Source: a virus
Taxonomy: Duplodnaviria > Caudoviricetes
Length of the DNA stretch: 64,000 nt
Virus record (IMG/VR): IMGVR_UViG_3300044247_000057
Location: 1-64,000 of that record
Direction: 5' to 3' (one strand)
This document shows positions 1 to 7,917 of this stretch, in pieces. The position numbers and the translations under genes are program-made. Numbering within the stretch: position 1 is the first letter of the stretch; the number at the start of each line of letters is the position of its first letter. The notes under the pieces are model-generated. The model ran no database searches. It was not told where the DNA came from and was given only the letters and a program-made list of their open reading frames with translations.

Positions 1-444
1 GCCAGGACCCCGCTTCGTGGGGATGGTCGACTCCACCGTGTCCTTGACCGTGTCGGTCACGTTCTCCACGGTGTCGGTGGTGGTCTGGGCCGTGTCCTCC
101 ACGACCTCACCGGTGCTGGCCACCACCTCGTTGGCGGCCTCGGTGAGCTTCGTGGTGCGGTCGGTCAGACCTTTGGTCACCCCGGTCATCCGCGCCGTCA
201 CAGCGGCCAACGCAGCCTTCTGGACAGCCTCCAGCAGCGGACCGCTGATCTGGCTGGTCAGCTGCTTGGCCTCCTCGCTGGCGGCCACGCCTGAGGCGAT
301 CTCACGCCCCTTGCTGACGACCTGCTGTCCCTGCTGCGAGCCGGACAGGAACATGGCGAACCGCAGCGCGGTGCCACCTTTCTTCGTCCGACCCAGGATG
401 TAGCCCGCAACCACGGCTGCACCAAGCTTGGTGTTCTCGTTCAT
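1..444 (-). CDS. Ala/Thr-rich protein, 3'-truncated by window edge; resembles the uncharacterised protein encoded next to actinobacterial gas-vesicle (gvp) clusters
   Basis: Not in ORF track (no stop in window). ATG at 444 with AAGGAG RBS; my translation: MNENTKLGAAVVAGYILGRTKKGGTALRFAMFLSG...LTSQISGPLLEAVQKAALAAVTARMTGVTKGLTDRTTKL...; family resemblance from memory. Confidence 0.7.
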   Translation of the reverse strand, partial: MNENTKLGAAVVAGYILGRTKKGGTALRFAMFLSGSQQGQQVVSKGREIASGVAASEEAKQLTSQISGPLLEAVQKAALAAVTARMTGVTKGLTDRTTKLTEAANEVVASTGEVVEDTAQTTTDTVENVTDTVKDTVESTIPTKRGPG

Positions 445-470
445 TTCTCTCCTTCAGTAGGTTCGTTCGC

Positions 471-938
471 TTATGCGAGACGACGGATCTTGCGACGTGC
501 GACGAGCTCTGCTTCCGGCACCTTGCGCACAGGCACCCTCAATCCCTTCCTCGTGTCCTCTCTGCGCTTGTTCTGACGCTCCTGGATGTCAGGAGTGAAT
601 CCGATGTCCTCGACCGTGGCCTTGGACAGATCGAGGGTGACGACACCGCCAGGACCGAAGTCCTCCGGACGGACCAGGGACCGGTCGGCATCGAACAGGA
701 TCTCGCCCCGCTTGATGTCGTACGTGGTCTTCAGCTCCACCCGCTTGCGGGCGTCCCGGTCGGTGAAGGCGATCCGGTCCTTGCTCACCTTGATGTAGGT
801 GATCTCCGGGTGCAGGCGCTTCACCGCCATGGCGATGGCGCAGTGCGACGGGTCACCAGGGACCGCACAGGCGATGTCTTCGTCGGTGACCACGATGTCG
901 TACTTGCCCTCGTAGTCGATGGGCTGCTTGGTGCTCAC
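471..938 (-). CDS. hypothetical protein (155 aa)
   Basis: GTG at 938 preceded by GAGGAGG; overlaps the stop of the upstream gene (GTGA); start shortened from ORF 471..1121. Confidence 0.75.
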   Translation of the reverse strand: MSTKQPIDYEGKYDIVVTDEDIACAVPGDPSHCAIAMAVKRLHPEITYIKVSKDRIAFTDRDARKRVELKTTYDIKRGEILFDADRSLVRPEDFGPGGVVTLDLSKATVEDIGFTPDIQERQNKRREDTRKGLRVPVRKVPEAELVARRKIRRLA

Positions 939-1189
939 GATGGAGCCTCCTCGGTAGGTAGCGGCTGCCCACAGGTAGGGCAGACCTGATTGTTGACCAG
1001 CATGAACTCTTTCAGCTCCGGTGTGGGCGCTCCCAGGGAATGAATACCCTGAGAGTGACCACAGACGCAGTCCCGGTACCCGGCGACTGTCCGGTGGTAC
1101 TCGTAGCCGAAGCACGAGCATGGAGTACCCCAGCGCAGGACGGCCTGACAGGGACCGTTGTGGTCCCTCAGTTCTGGCTTGGCGACCAT
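935..1189 (-). CDS. small Cys/His-rich putative zinc-binding protein
   Basis: C-x-C-x2-YEY...C-x-CGH-x3-H and a CPTC motif; fits the tightly packed operon. Confidence 0.65.
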   Translation of the reverse strand: MVAKPELRDHNGPCQAVLRWGTPCSCFGYEYHRTVAGYRDCVCGHSQGIHSLGAPTPELKEFMLVNNQVCPTCGQPLPTEEAPS

Positions 1190-1506
1190 CCGTGTGCCTT
1201 CCTCTGGTGCTCGTTCAGATCGGCCACCTCCTGCTCACAGACCGGGCAGGTGTACATGGCCATCAACGAGCTCTCCTTCAGCGCCGCCTCCAGAGCGTCG
1301 TACCGGACCTGCTGCAGCATGCAGCGGTACCGGTACCTGGCGAGCCGCCTCATCAGCTCGAAGACGAGACCGATGGCAGCGGCAGCGAAGAGAGCCTTCA
1401 GCTGCCACACGTACTTCGCCGCCGCCAGTTCGACGACGGTGATGACGAAGTAGACGAACAGGAAGACGTCCGACAACCAGAAGTACTTAGTCCTCGGGAT
1501 CTTCAC
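1168..1506 (-). CDS. membrane protein with C-terminal C2H2-type zinc finger
   Basis: Two hydrophobic segments, then CPVC-x11-H-x4-H; GTG start with GGAAGG upstream. Confidence 0.7.
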   Translation of the reverse strand: MKIPRTKYFWLSDVFLFVYFVITVVELAAAKYVWQLKALFAAAAIGLVFELMRRLARYRYRCMLQQVRYDALEAALKESSLMAMYTCPVCEQEVADLNEHQRKAHGWSPSQN

Positions 1507-1924
1507 GGAGCGGATCCTTCCCGGCCTGGATCATGTCCAACCACACATTCCAGAGCCTGTCTGGTGTAACCGGACCCAAGGTGGAAATGTGCGCGTCACC
1601 GAGCTCTCCCTCCTTGTTGATGAGGGAGTACCAGTGGCCGTACACGTAGCCCCGCTCGAACCGGGCCTTCATCTGGTCCCGCTCCGAGGCAGCCTCCTCG
1701 ATCCCGTAGACCGGAGCCATGTCCGCGAAGTGCTGGTCCGGGTCGATGGTCTGACCGAGGATCATCAGCTGCTCCCTGCCCATCGGGTAGATCCGGAAGA
1801 CCTTGTCCCCCGGCTTGATCCGACGCTGCCAGTCCATGACCCTGGCGTTGGCTGCTTCCTCGGCTGCTGCCTGCCAGCGCATGAAGTCGTCGAAGTCGTC
1901 GAAGACCAGCGGATCATCCGACAT
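1487..1924 (-). CDS. hypothetical protein (145 aa)
   Basis: Phage-like codon usage, overlaps neighbours in operon. Confidence 0.75.
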   Translation of the reverse strand: MSDDPLVFDDFDDFMRWQAAAEEAANARVMDWQRRIKPGDKVFRIYPMGREQLMILGQTIDPDQHFADMAPVYGIEEAASERDQMKARFERGYVYGHWYSLINKEGELGDAHISTLGPVTPDRLWNVWLDMIQAGKDPLREDPED

Positions 1925-2405
1925 GGTCCACCAGCCTCTTCAGACGCTCCGGCAGGTCTCCACCGAAGTGCTCCTCCTCCTCCGTGCCGTCGTCCATCAT
2001 GATGACGTCGTCGTAGATGAACGCGCCGTCTCCCGCCCTGAGGTAGGGCTGCATGGCGGAGAACCGCTTGTGCTTGGAGTAGAAGGTGACCATCAGGCAC
2101 TCGCTCACCCGAGGGTCCTTGCGCTCGAACAGCAGCTTCAGGCTGTACGAGGGCTTCTTCTCACCGGTCTCGCCGGACCAGTGGTAGCTGTCCGAGGCGA
2201 CCATCGCCCAGCCGGGGTCGAACATCCCCATGCTCTTCATCATCAGCAGCACATCGAGCGTCTGCCGAGGAGGAAGCTGGTTGCAGGGGATGACTGGCAT
2301 CGCGGGGTCGTTGGACAGGATCACCGCGTTGAACTCCCCCTTCTCCTCCAGCAGCTTGCGGAGGTTGGTCATCACGAGGTCGATGGGTGGTTCTTTGTCA
2401 TTCAT
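1914..2405 (-). CDS. hypothetical protein (163 aa)
   Basis: ATG with AAGGAG RBS and ACCTAC motif upstream. Confidence 0.8.
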   Translation of the reverse strand: MNDKEPPIDLVMTNLRKLLEEKGEFNAVILSNDPAMPVIPCNQLPPRQTLDVLLMMKSMGMFDPGWAMVASDSYHWSGETGEKKPSYSLKLLFERKDPRVSECLMVTFYSKHKRFSAMQPYLRAGDGAFIYDDVIMMDDGTEEEEHFGGDLPERLKRLVDHVG

Positions 2406-2799
2406 CTCTCTCCTTGGGTAGGTGGTGGATCTTGGTGAGCACCTCGACCAGTCCTTGCTGGTCGAGGTAGCCCATCACAACGTCGTCCCAGAACGGTGGG
2501 TTTCCCATCCGGTCGGAGTTCGGCGGGTAGAAGCCGACCTCCAGGCCTCCGTAGGCACCCCAGTGGGTGATGACGGAGACCTCCCAGCCGTTGCGCATCC
2601 GGACCATGGCGTGCCGACCACCCATCCACGGGTGGTCGACGATGAGCCTCATGCCGGGGATCTCCGGCAGCTCGAACTCGACCGCAACGAACGGCTGCAT
2701 GAAGTCCGGCACGTAGTCGGCCTCCGACCCGATGGGATGCGGGTCGGACTTCATCTCCGGGCCGAACTGACGTTCCCAGTAGTCGAACTCTCCGGTCAC
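2398..2799 (-). CDS. hypothetical protein (133 aa)
   Basis: GTGA overlap with upstream gene; coding-like composition. Confidence 0.75.
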   Translation of the reverse strand: MTGEFDYWERQFGPEMKSDPHPIGSEADYVPDFMQPFVAVEFELPEIPGMRLIVDHPWMGGRHAMVRMRNGWEVSVITHWGAYGGLEVGFYPPNSDRMGNPPFWDDVVMGYLDQQGLVEVLTKIHHLPKERDE

Positions 2800-3563
2800 G
2801 CCGACCAGCAGAGAAGAGGGTGACTCCTCGTGTGCCGGTCGTGCAGATGGCAGCAGAAGCCCGCCTCGCAGAAGCAGTCGGGCCCCACCTGGGTGCCATC
2901 GGTGAACACCGGGGTCGGTGACTGCAGACCCGGGCAGACGTGGGCAGCCACCTCCACCTCGTTGTACACGTAGGCGTGGCAGACCACGCAGACGTACCGC
3001 CCGCAGGGCCGGTTTTCATCCCCCGTGCAGTAGCACTTGAAGAACGTCTTGCTCAGCTGCTCGCCCCGGAGCGGGTGGTACTTGCCCTGGTCATCGGCCA
3101 GGGTCTTGATCCCCTCCCGGTGGGTGCACTGGTCGATGGTGCATTCGCCCGGGCAGCAGGTCAGGGCGTCGTGACAGTTGTCCCAGCCCTCACCGCAGTT
3201 GACGCAGTTCCAGTACGGCGCGGTGCCCAGGTCATCCTGGTCGTACAGGTTGCCGCAGTTGTCGCACTTGTACTTGGAGTGCTCGGTCACGTCCTGACGC
3301 AGCATCAGGAAGAGCCTGCCGTGACGGTCCAACTCCTCCCCGACCTTCAGCTCGTCATCATCCAGTTGCTCCAGATGCATGATGAAGTTCGGGATGTCGT
3401 AGTAGCCGACCGAGTTCCAGTTCTCGTAGTAGTCGACGCTCCCGCAGCCAGGACACTTCCAGTAGTCCTCACTCTCGTAGGGCAGATCGTGCAGGATCTC
3501 CGGCAGCGTGATGGTCATGATCGCCGTGTGCTTGGTGGCGGTCAGTTGGGCTGTGGTTCCCAT
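2796..3563 (-). CDS. multi-zinc-finger Cys-rich protein (255 aa)
   Basis: ATG at 3563 with AAGGAG RBS; about 21 Cys in CxxC, CxC and CC clusters. Confidence 0.8.
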   Translation of the reverse strand: MGTTAQLTATKHTAIMTITLPEILHDLPYESEDYWKCPGCGSVDYYENWNSVGYYDIPNFIMHLEQLDDDELKVGEELDRHGRLFLMLRQDVTEHSKYKCDNCGNLYDQDDLGTAPYWNCVNCGEGWDNCHDALTCCPGECTIDQCTHREGIKTLADDQGKYHPLRGEQLSKTFFKCYCTGDENRPCGRYVCVVCHAYVYNEVEVAAHVCPGLQSPTPVFTDGTQVGPDCFCEAGFCCHLHDRHTRSHPLLCWSA

Positions 3564-3778
3564 TGGTACTCCTTGACGGTGTTGATGATGGACTCGAAAA
3601 TGACCTCCACGCACCGGGCGATGAAGGTCCTGTAGGCGAAGGAGATGCGCACCACGGTTCTGGTGGCTGTCTCTATCTGCTCTGGCTCCAGGTCTTGGAC
3701 CAGTTCTTCAACCGCCCTTCCTATTCGTTGGACGAACCTGACAACTCTTCGGAACAGTGACCTAAAAAATCCGAACAT
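3542..3778 (-). CDS. hypothetical protein (about 78 aa)
   Basis: ATG at 3778 with AGGAAGG upstream, just after a terminator; start uncertain. Confidence 0.55.
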   Translation of the reverse strand: MFGFFRSLFRRVVRFVQRIGRAVEELVQDLEPEQIETATRTVVRISFAYRTFIARCVEVIFESIINTVKEYQWEPQPN

Positions 3779-3826
3779 GAAAAAGTCGTGCCTTCCTATC
3801 GGGGGTGGGGACGGCAAAATCACGAA

Positions 3827-3855
3827 GGGCCCCCCTCCCGCTAAGAGGGGGGCCC
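3827..3855 (-). terminator. intrinsic terminator downstream of the AAA+ gene
   Basis: GGGCCCCCCTC-7 nt-GAGGGGGGCCC perfect 11-bp stem, followed on - strand by TTCGTGATTTTG. Confidence 0.75.
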
Positions 3856-3870
3856 AACGTCATCTCAGGG

Positions 3871-5430
3871 TCACTCGGAGATCGAGAAGCCCTTGGTGGT
3901 CAGCCGCACGCGGTGACCGTGCTTCTTCACCCAGCCGAAGAACTCGCTGGCCGCGTACTCCAGCAGGTTCTGCCGCTTCTGGGCTCGGGCCGCATTCAGC
4001 TCGTTGAAGAACTGGATCAGCTCGTCGGAGGACTCCGCCGCGCCGCTCAGACCCTCGGTGCCGATGATGCCCTCGTACTCGTCCTTGTTGCCGCCCTTGT
4101 CCAGGTACAGACCGAACGCGACGTGACGAGCCTTCTTGTAGCACTGGAGCAGGAAGGAGGGACCGAAGTCCTTGGTCTTCTCCCACACCTTGTCGAAGTC
4201 GACGTCGGCGGCGAGCTTGTCGCCCATCGCCTTGCCGAGCAGCTCCCGGGTGGCCTTCTTGTCCAGCATGCCGATCTCGATGGCGTCGGTCATCCGACCT
4301 GCTCGGGCCATCGACGGGTCGATGCGCTCCTTGAAGTTGGACGTGAACAACATCGAGATGCCGTCGTGCTTGTCGGAGCCGTCCACCAGGTAGGTGAACG
4401 CCGACCGGTCGTTGCTGGTGTCGTCACCGAAGAACTTCTCGTAGTCCTCGATGAACAGCATCGAGGGCCCGAGACGCTTGGCCAGGGCCATGCAGCGCTT
4501 CAGGTCCCGGACGGAGGGAAGACCGACCGGGTTGTACTCCAACACCGTCTGACCGTGCATGCAGGCCAGCACCTGGCTGGTGACACCGGCACCGGTCTTG
4601 CCGGTACCAGCCGGACCCCACAGCAGCACCTTGAAGGTGGTCTGCATGTTCTGCTCGGCGTACGCCTCGCGGTGTCGCAGGATCCGCCAGACCGACTGCT
4701 GCAGCCGCTCCTCCACGTGCTCGGAGTAGGTGAAGATCGGGTCGATCTTCCGCAGCAGGAACTCCAGCTTGTAGGTCCCATCGGCCAGGGCCTGGTACGA
4801 CAGGATCTTGTTCTTGTAGATGGAGTTGTCCCGGAGCTCGCGCTCCACCCCGATGCAGAAGCCCTCGATGGCCGTCTCGTGCTCCACCTTGGTGACCGCC
4901 CGGATCTTCAGGTACTCGGTCTGGTCGTCGTCGACCCAGGTGTCGAGCTGGAACTCGGTCTGGATCGTCGGCAACGAGAAGGAGTACATCGCGGCCTTCT
5001 CGTAGATGAACTCGGGCTTGCCACGAAACCCCTCCTTCACCCCGATGATGATGTCCTCCTGCGGCGGCACGATGTCACCGAACATCGTCTCCCTCAGGGT
5101 GAGACCGGTGGCCCCGTAGACGTCCTTCAGGACTCGCTTGATGGCGATGGCCCCCTCCTCCCTGCGGCACTGGAAGTCGCGCTCCACAGCGGTGGTGGCA
5201 TCCTGCACCTTGATCTCGGTGTCGATCTGCCGCCTGGCGTCGCGCAGGTCCTGCTTCAGACCCACCGACACCTTGTTGGCGTTGGGGTCGCCGTGCCGCA
5301 GGATGGCTGACCTGGTACCGGAGTCGGTCCGACCGACGTTGGCCAGGTCCGCCATGGCCTGCAGGATGTTCTTGCGTCGTGCTTCCTCCTGCTCGGCCTT
5401 CATGGCTTCGGTCATTGCCTCAGTAGGCAT
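3871..5430 (-). CDS. AAA+ ATPase (classic AAA clade, BCS1/FtsH-like motifs)
   Basis: Walker A GPAGTGKT, Walker B MLFIED, sensor-1 FTSN, second region of homology IDPSMARAGRMT; strong RBS. Confidence 0.9.
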   Translation of the reverse strand: MPTEAMTEAMKAEQEEARRKNILQAMADLANVGRTDSGTRSAILRHGDPNANKVSVGLKQDLRDARRQIDTEIKVQDATTAVERDFQCRREEGAIAIKRVLKDVYGATGLTLRETMFGDIVPPQEDIIIGVKEGFRGKPEFIYEKAAMYSFSLPTIQTEFQLDTWVDDDQTEYLKIRAVTKVEHETAIEGFCIGVERELRDNSIYKNKILSYQALADGTYKLEFLLRKIDPIFTYSEHVEERLQQSVWRILRHREAYAEQNMQTTFKVLLWGPAGTGKTGAGVTSQVLACMHGQTVLEYNPVGLPSVRDLKRCMALAKRLGPSMLFIEDYEKFFGDDTSNDRSAFTYLVDGSDKHDGISMLFTSNFKERIDPSMARAGRMTDAIEIGMLDKKATRELLGKAMGDKLAADVDFDKVWEKTKDFGPSFLLQCYKKARHVAFGLYLDKGGNKDEYEGIIGTEGLSGAAESSDELIQFFNELNAARAQKRQNLLEYAASEFFGWVKKHGHRVRLTTKGFSISE

Positions 5431-5434
5431 AGTT

Positions 5435-5680
5435 CTATTTCTCCTTGGTAGGTTCGTGCTCCACCGGAATGGTTTCCGGTGGCTCCTGCATGGACGTGCC
5501 AGCGATGACGCTGACCGTCCTCTTGCCCGTCCAGTCGTAGAACCCGATGCTCAGGTCTCCCACGACTCGCTGGACGGCTCGGGTCACGTTGTGTGTGACG
5601 TAGGACTGCACTCTCTTCAGTGCCTTCTGATCAGGTGCGTAGAACTCGATCCGCACGATGATCCGACTTTGGCCTTCCAT
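5435..5680 (-). CDS. hypothetical protein (81 aa)
   Basis: ATG at 5680 with GGAGGTGAGG RBS. Confidence 0.7.
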   Translation of the reverse strand: MEGQSRIIVRIEFYAPDQKALKRVQSYVTHNVTRAVQRVVGDLSIGFYDWTGKRTVSVIAGTSMQEPPETIPVEHEPTKEK

Positions 5681-5695
5681 AGGCCTCACCTCCCT

Positions 5696-6469
5696 TCAGT
5701 CATCGTCATCGGCAACCTCGACCGCCTCGTACAGGGTGTGAACCGAGTTCGAGCTGACAGGCGGCCAGGAGTTCTTGAACTCCTCCTCCCCGAGGTAGGT
5801 GTCACGCAGCATCTTGGTGACGTCCATGGCCTCCTCCTCGGTGTCAGAGTCGCCGTAGGCCAGGTCCATCACCCGCTGGCTGGCGGTCTTCACCAGCACC
5901 TGGAGTGCCTCGGCATCCAGGTCGTTCTCTCGGCGGTACCCCTCCAGCAGGGAACCGAGGTACATCCGGGTGCGCAGCACCGAGAGCGGCAGGTAGGAGA
6001 TGACCGAGAAGACATGCTGGATCGCGTCCTCCTCCAGTCCCATCGCCTTCAGGTGGCCGATGACGTTGGCCATGATCTGGTACTGCTCGTACCACTCCAG
6101 GTTGATCAGCCGACCGATCTGGTCGACGAACTCCGGAGCCAGCGGACCGTAGGACTCGGTCAGCGTGCTGGGGTCCAGGGCACCGGTCAGGTCGTCCGGG
6201 ATGGTGTCCGGCACCGTGGTGTTGCCAGGAGGACCGTTGTAGCCGATCTGGATGCCCTTGGCAGCGAAGAGCTGAGCGATCTCCTCACCAGACATCAACC
6301 GGCCACTGACGTGCTCCACCACCATTCCCAGCATCGTCTCCTTGACGTTGTCGATGATGGTCTCCGGGAAGGACACCTTGTAGTCGTCACCGAGCACGTT
6401 CTGGAAGAACTCGTGCAGCTCCTCCAGGTTCTCCGGATCAGGCAGGTCCGGCATGTCATCGGCGTTCAC
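5696..6469 (-). CDS. acidic hypothetical protein (257 aa)
   Basis: GTGA overlap with upstream gene; strong codon bias. Confidence 0.8.
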   Translation of the reverse strand: MNADDMPDLPDPENLEELHEFFQNVLGDDYKVSFPETIIDNVKETMLGMVVEHVSGRLMSGEEIAQLFAAKGIQIGYNGPPGNTTVPDTIPDDLTGALDPSTLTESYGPLAPEFVDQIGRLINLEWYEQYQIMANVIGHLKAMGLEEDAIQHVFSVISYLPLSVLRTRMYLGSLLEGYRRENDLDAEALQVLVKTASQRVMDLAYGDSDTEEEAMDVTKMLRDTYLGEEEFKNSWPPVSSNSVHTLYEAVEVADDDD

Positions 6470-6609
6470 AGACGCCTCATCGGCTCAGCCAGGGACTGAC
6501 CACTGGAAGAGGACCAGGCGAAGATGACGCTCTGGTTGTCTCCTGCGCCCTTCGCAAAGGCCTGCATCGACGCCAGGATCACTCTCTTGGCGCGTTCGTA
6601 CTCGTTCAT
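6466..6609 (-). CDS. small hypothetical protein (47 aa)
   Basis: ATG at 6609 with CTCACCTACCAAGGAG upstream. Confidence 0.7.
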   Translation of the reverse strand: MNEYERAKRVILASMQAFAKGAGDNQSVIFAWSSSSGQSLAEPMRRL

Positions 6610-6810
6610 TGGTTCTCCTTGGTAGGTGAGATGGGTTGTGAGGTAAGGCACCGGTCATGGGAGCAGGTCGTTCGCTACAGGGGCCAAGGAGTGCACAACC
6701 CGGAACACCCCCAGTACGCCTTCGCTCTTTCCTTTCCGATCTGTGCAAGAGCGTTGACTCCCATGACCGGAAGTCAGAAAAGCCCCGGTCGGTTGACCGA
6801 GGCTAAGGAT

Positions 6811-6900
6811 GTACTTGCTAAGTACTAGGGCCCTACTAGTTCTAGTAGAACTACTTCTAGTTCTCTAGATCTAGTATCTCTCTATCTTGGTAGGTGAGAG
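6811..6900. other. AT-rich, CTAG-dense palindromic intergenic tract (candidate origin or protein-binding site)
   Basis: Six CTAG in about 50 bp (6825, 6836, 6842, 6857, 6865, 6871); palindrome TAGGGCCCTA; inverted repeat CTACTAG-TT-CTAGTAG. Confidence 0.5.
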
Positions 6901-6941
6901 AGAGGGATAGGGGGAGCGGAGCTCCACGTATGGCCCTACTG

Positions 6942-6967
6942 CGATGTAGTGCATTACATCGACTTTT
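6942..6967 (+). terminator. hairpin with T-tract facing + direction
   Basis: CGATGTAG-TGCA-TTACATCG then ACTTTT; G-T pair valid on + strand. Confidence 0.4.
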
Positions 6968-6978
6968 GGGACAGGCTG

Positions 6979-7647
6979 TCAAGAGTTCGTCTCGTCTCCC
7001 GAGACAAGATCCTCGGCAACCTTGGTGGCCGCTCGGACAAACTCCAGGAACTCCTGGAGGTTGGACATGTACCGGTCCTGGTACTCATCCCTGTCCCTGG
7101 ACACTCGCAGGTTGCCCTCCATCCTGGCGATCTCAGCCTGGATGACCTCCCTCTCGGCGGGAGAGTTGACGTGAGCCTCCTTCAGGATCAGGAGCTTCTT
7201 CCTGACCGTCTGGAGCTCGGCCTGCTGCTCGTGCATGGCGGACTTCAGGAGCAGGGTCTCGACCTTGACCTGGAGCTTCTTCAGGTAGTCGACGGTCTCG
7301 TTCTGCAGGTCCTTCTTGGAGGGCGTCAACCTCATGCCCATCGTCAGGATGGATCCTGGGAACGGCTCAGGGCTCCGAGCCAGGTACTCGTACATGCTGG
7401 CCAGACCGCTGGTCCAGGTCTCGTACCGGTCCAGGATGGGCTGCAGCAGCTTGGTCTTCTGGTCCAGCACCATCAACAGCCTGGTGGTGTGCCAGACGGC
7501 GTTGCAGGCCTGGATCCTCTCCAGGTGGTCGCTGACCCCCTTCTCGGGGTCCTCGACCTGGACCGGGGTCCACTGGTGCAGCCAGCTGGAGAACTTCACA
7601 GCCTCGACCAGGATCCCGGTCGTGAGCTGGTTGGTCGTTCTATCCAT
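6979..7647 (-). CDS. coiled-coil hypothetical protein (222 aa)
   Basis: ATG at 7647 with AAGGAG RBS; heptad-like C-terminal half. Confidence 0.8.
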   Translation of the reverse strand: MDRTTNQLTTGILVEAVKFSSWLHQWTPVQVEDPEKGVSDHLERIQACNAVWHTTRLLMVLDQKTKLLQPILDRYETWTSGLASMYEYLARSPEPFPGSILTMGMRLTPSKKDLQNETVDYLKKLQVKVETLLLKSAMHEQQAELQTVRKKLLILKEAHVNSPAEREVIQAEIARMEGNLRVSRDRDEYQDRYMSNLQEFLEFVRAATKVAEDLVSGDETNS

Positions 7648-7769
7648 CAAGATTTCTCCTTGGTATGAGTGCTACGAGCATGACCGCAGGTGCAGGTCTC
7701 GTGAAGACCTGCCATCCCTGCGTACTCGTAGGTGGTGCAGGCGCACCGGTAACCACGACAAACAGCAGA
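7647..7769 (-). pseudogene. start-less remnant paralogous to the 935..1189 zinc-binding protein
   Basis: Frame reads AVCRGYRCACTTYEY...CTCGHARSTH; stop overlaps the next ATG, but no start codon lies between the upstream terminator and the domain. Confidence 0.35.
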
Positions 7770-7799
7770 GGCCCCCGAGGACTTTCGTCCCCGGGGGCC
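7770..7799 (-). terminator. GC-rich hairpin with GAAA tetraloop
   Basis: On - strand GGCCCCCGGGGAC-GAAA-GTCCTCGGGGGCC then TCTGCTGTTTG; G-U pair valid on - strand. Confidence 0.7.
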
Positions 7800-7809
7800 C
7801 CCAGATGTG

Positions 7810-7917
7810 CTAGAGCGTGCCAACGAGAGTCGCCAGCAGGCCCAGGAACACGATGGCGAAGAGCCAGAAGGCGAAGAACCCGGCAACCACCGGGCTCAAC
7901 GCCATCAGGAACCTCAC
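7810..7917 (-). CDS. small single-pass membrane protein (35 aa)
   Basis: Not in ORF track; GTGA overlap with upstream stop; MRFLMALSPVVAGFFAFWLFAIVFLGLLATLVGTL. Confidence 0.6.
   Translation of the reverse strand: MRFLMALSPVVAGFFAFWLFAIVFLGLLATLVGTL

Noticed and set aside
3805-5310. Long opposite-strand ORFs (for example 3805..5310+, 5138..6499+, 44594..47923-, 49810..51771-, 52051..54240-, 58285..59916-)
   Set aside because: Antisense shadows of genes with clear motifs, expected at high GC3; no RBS or recognisable domains.
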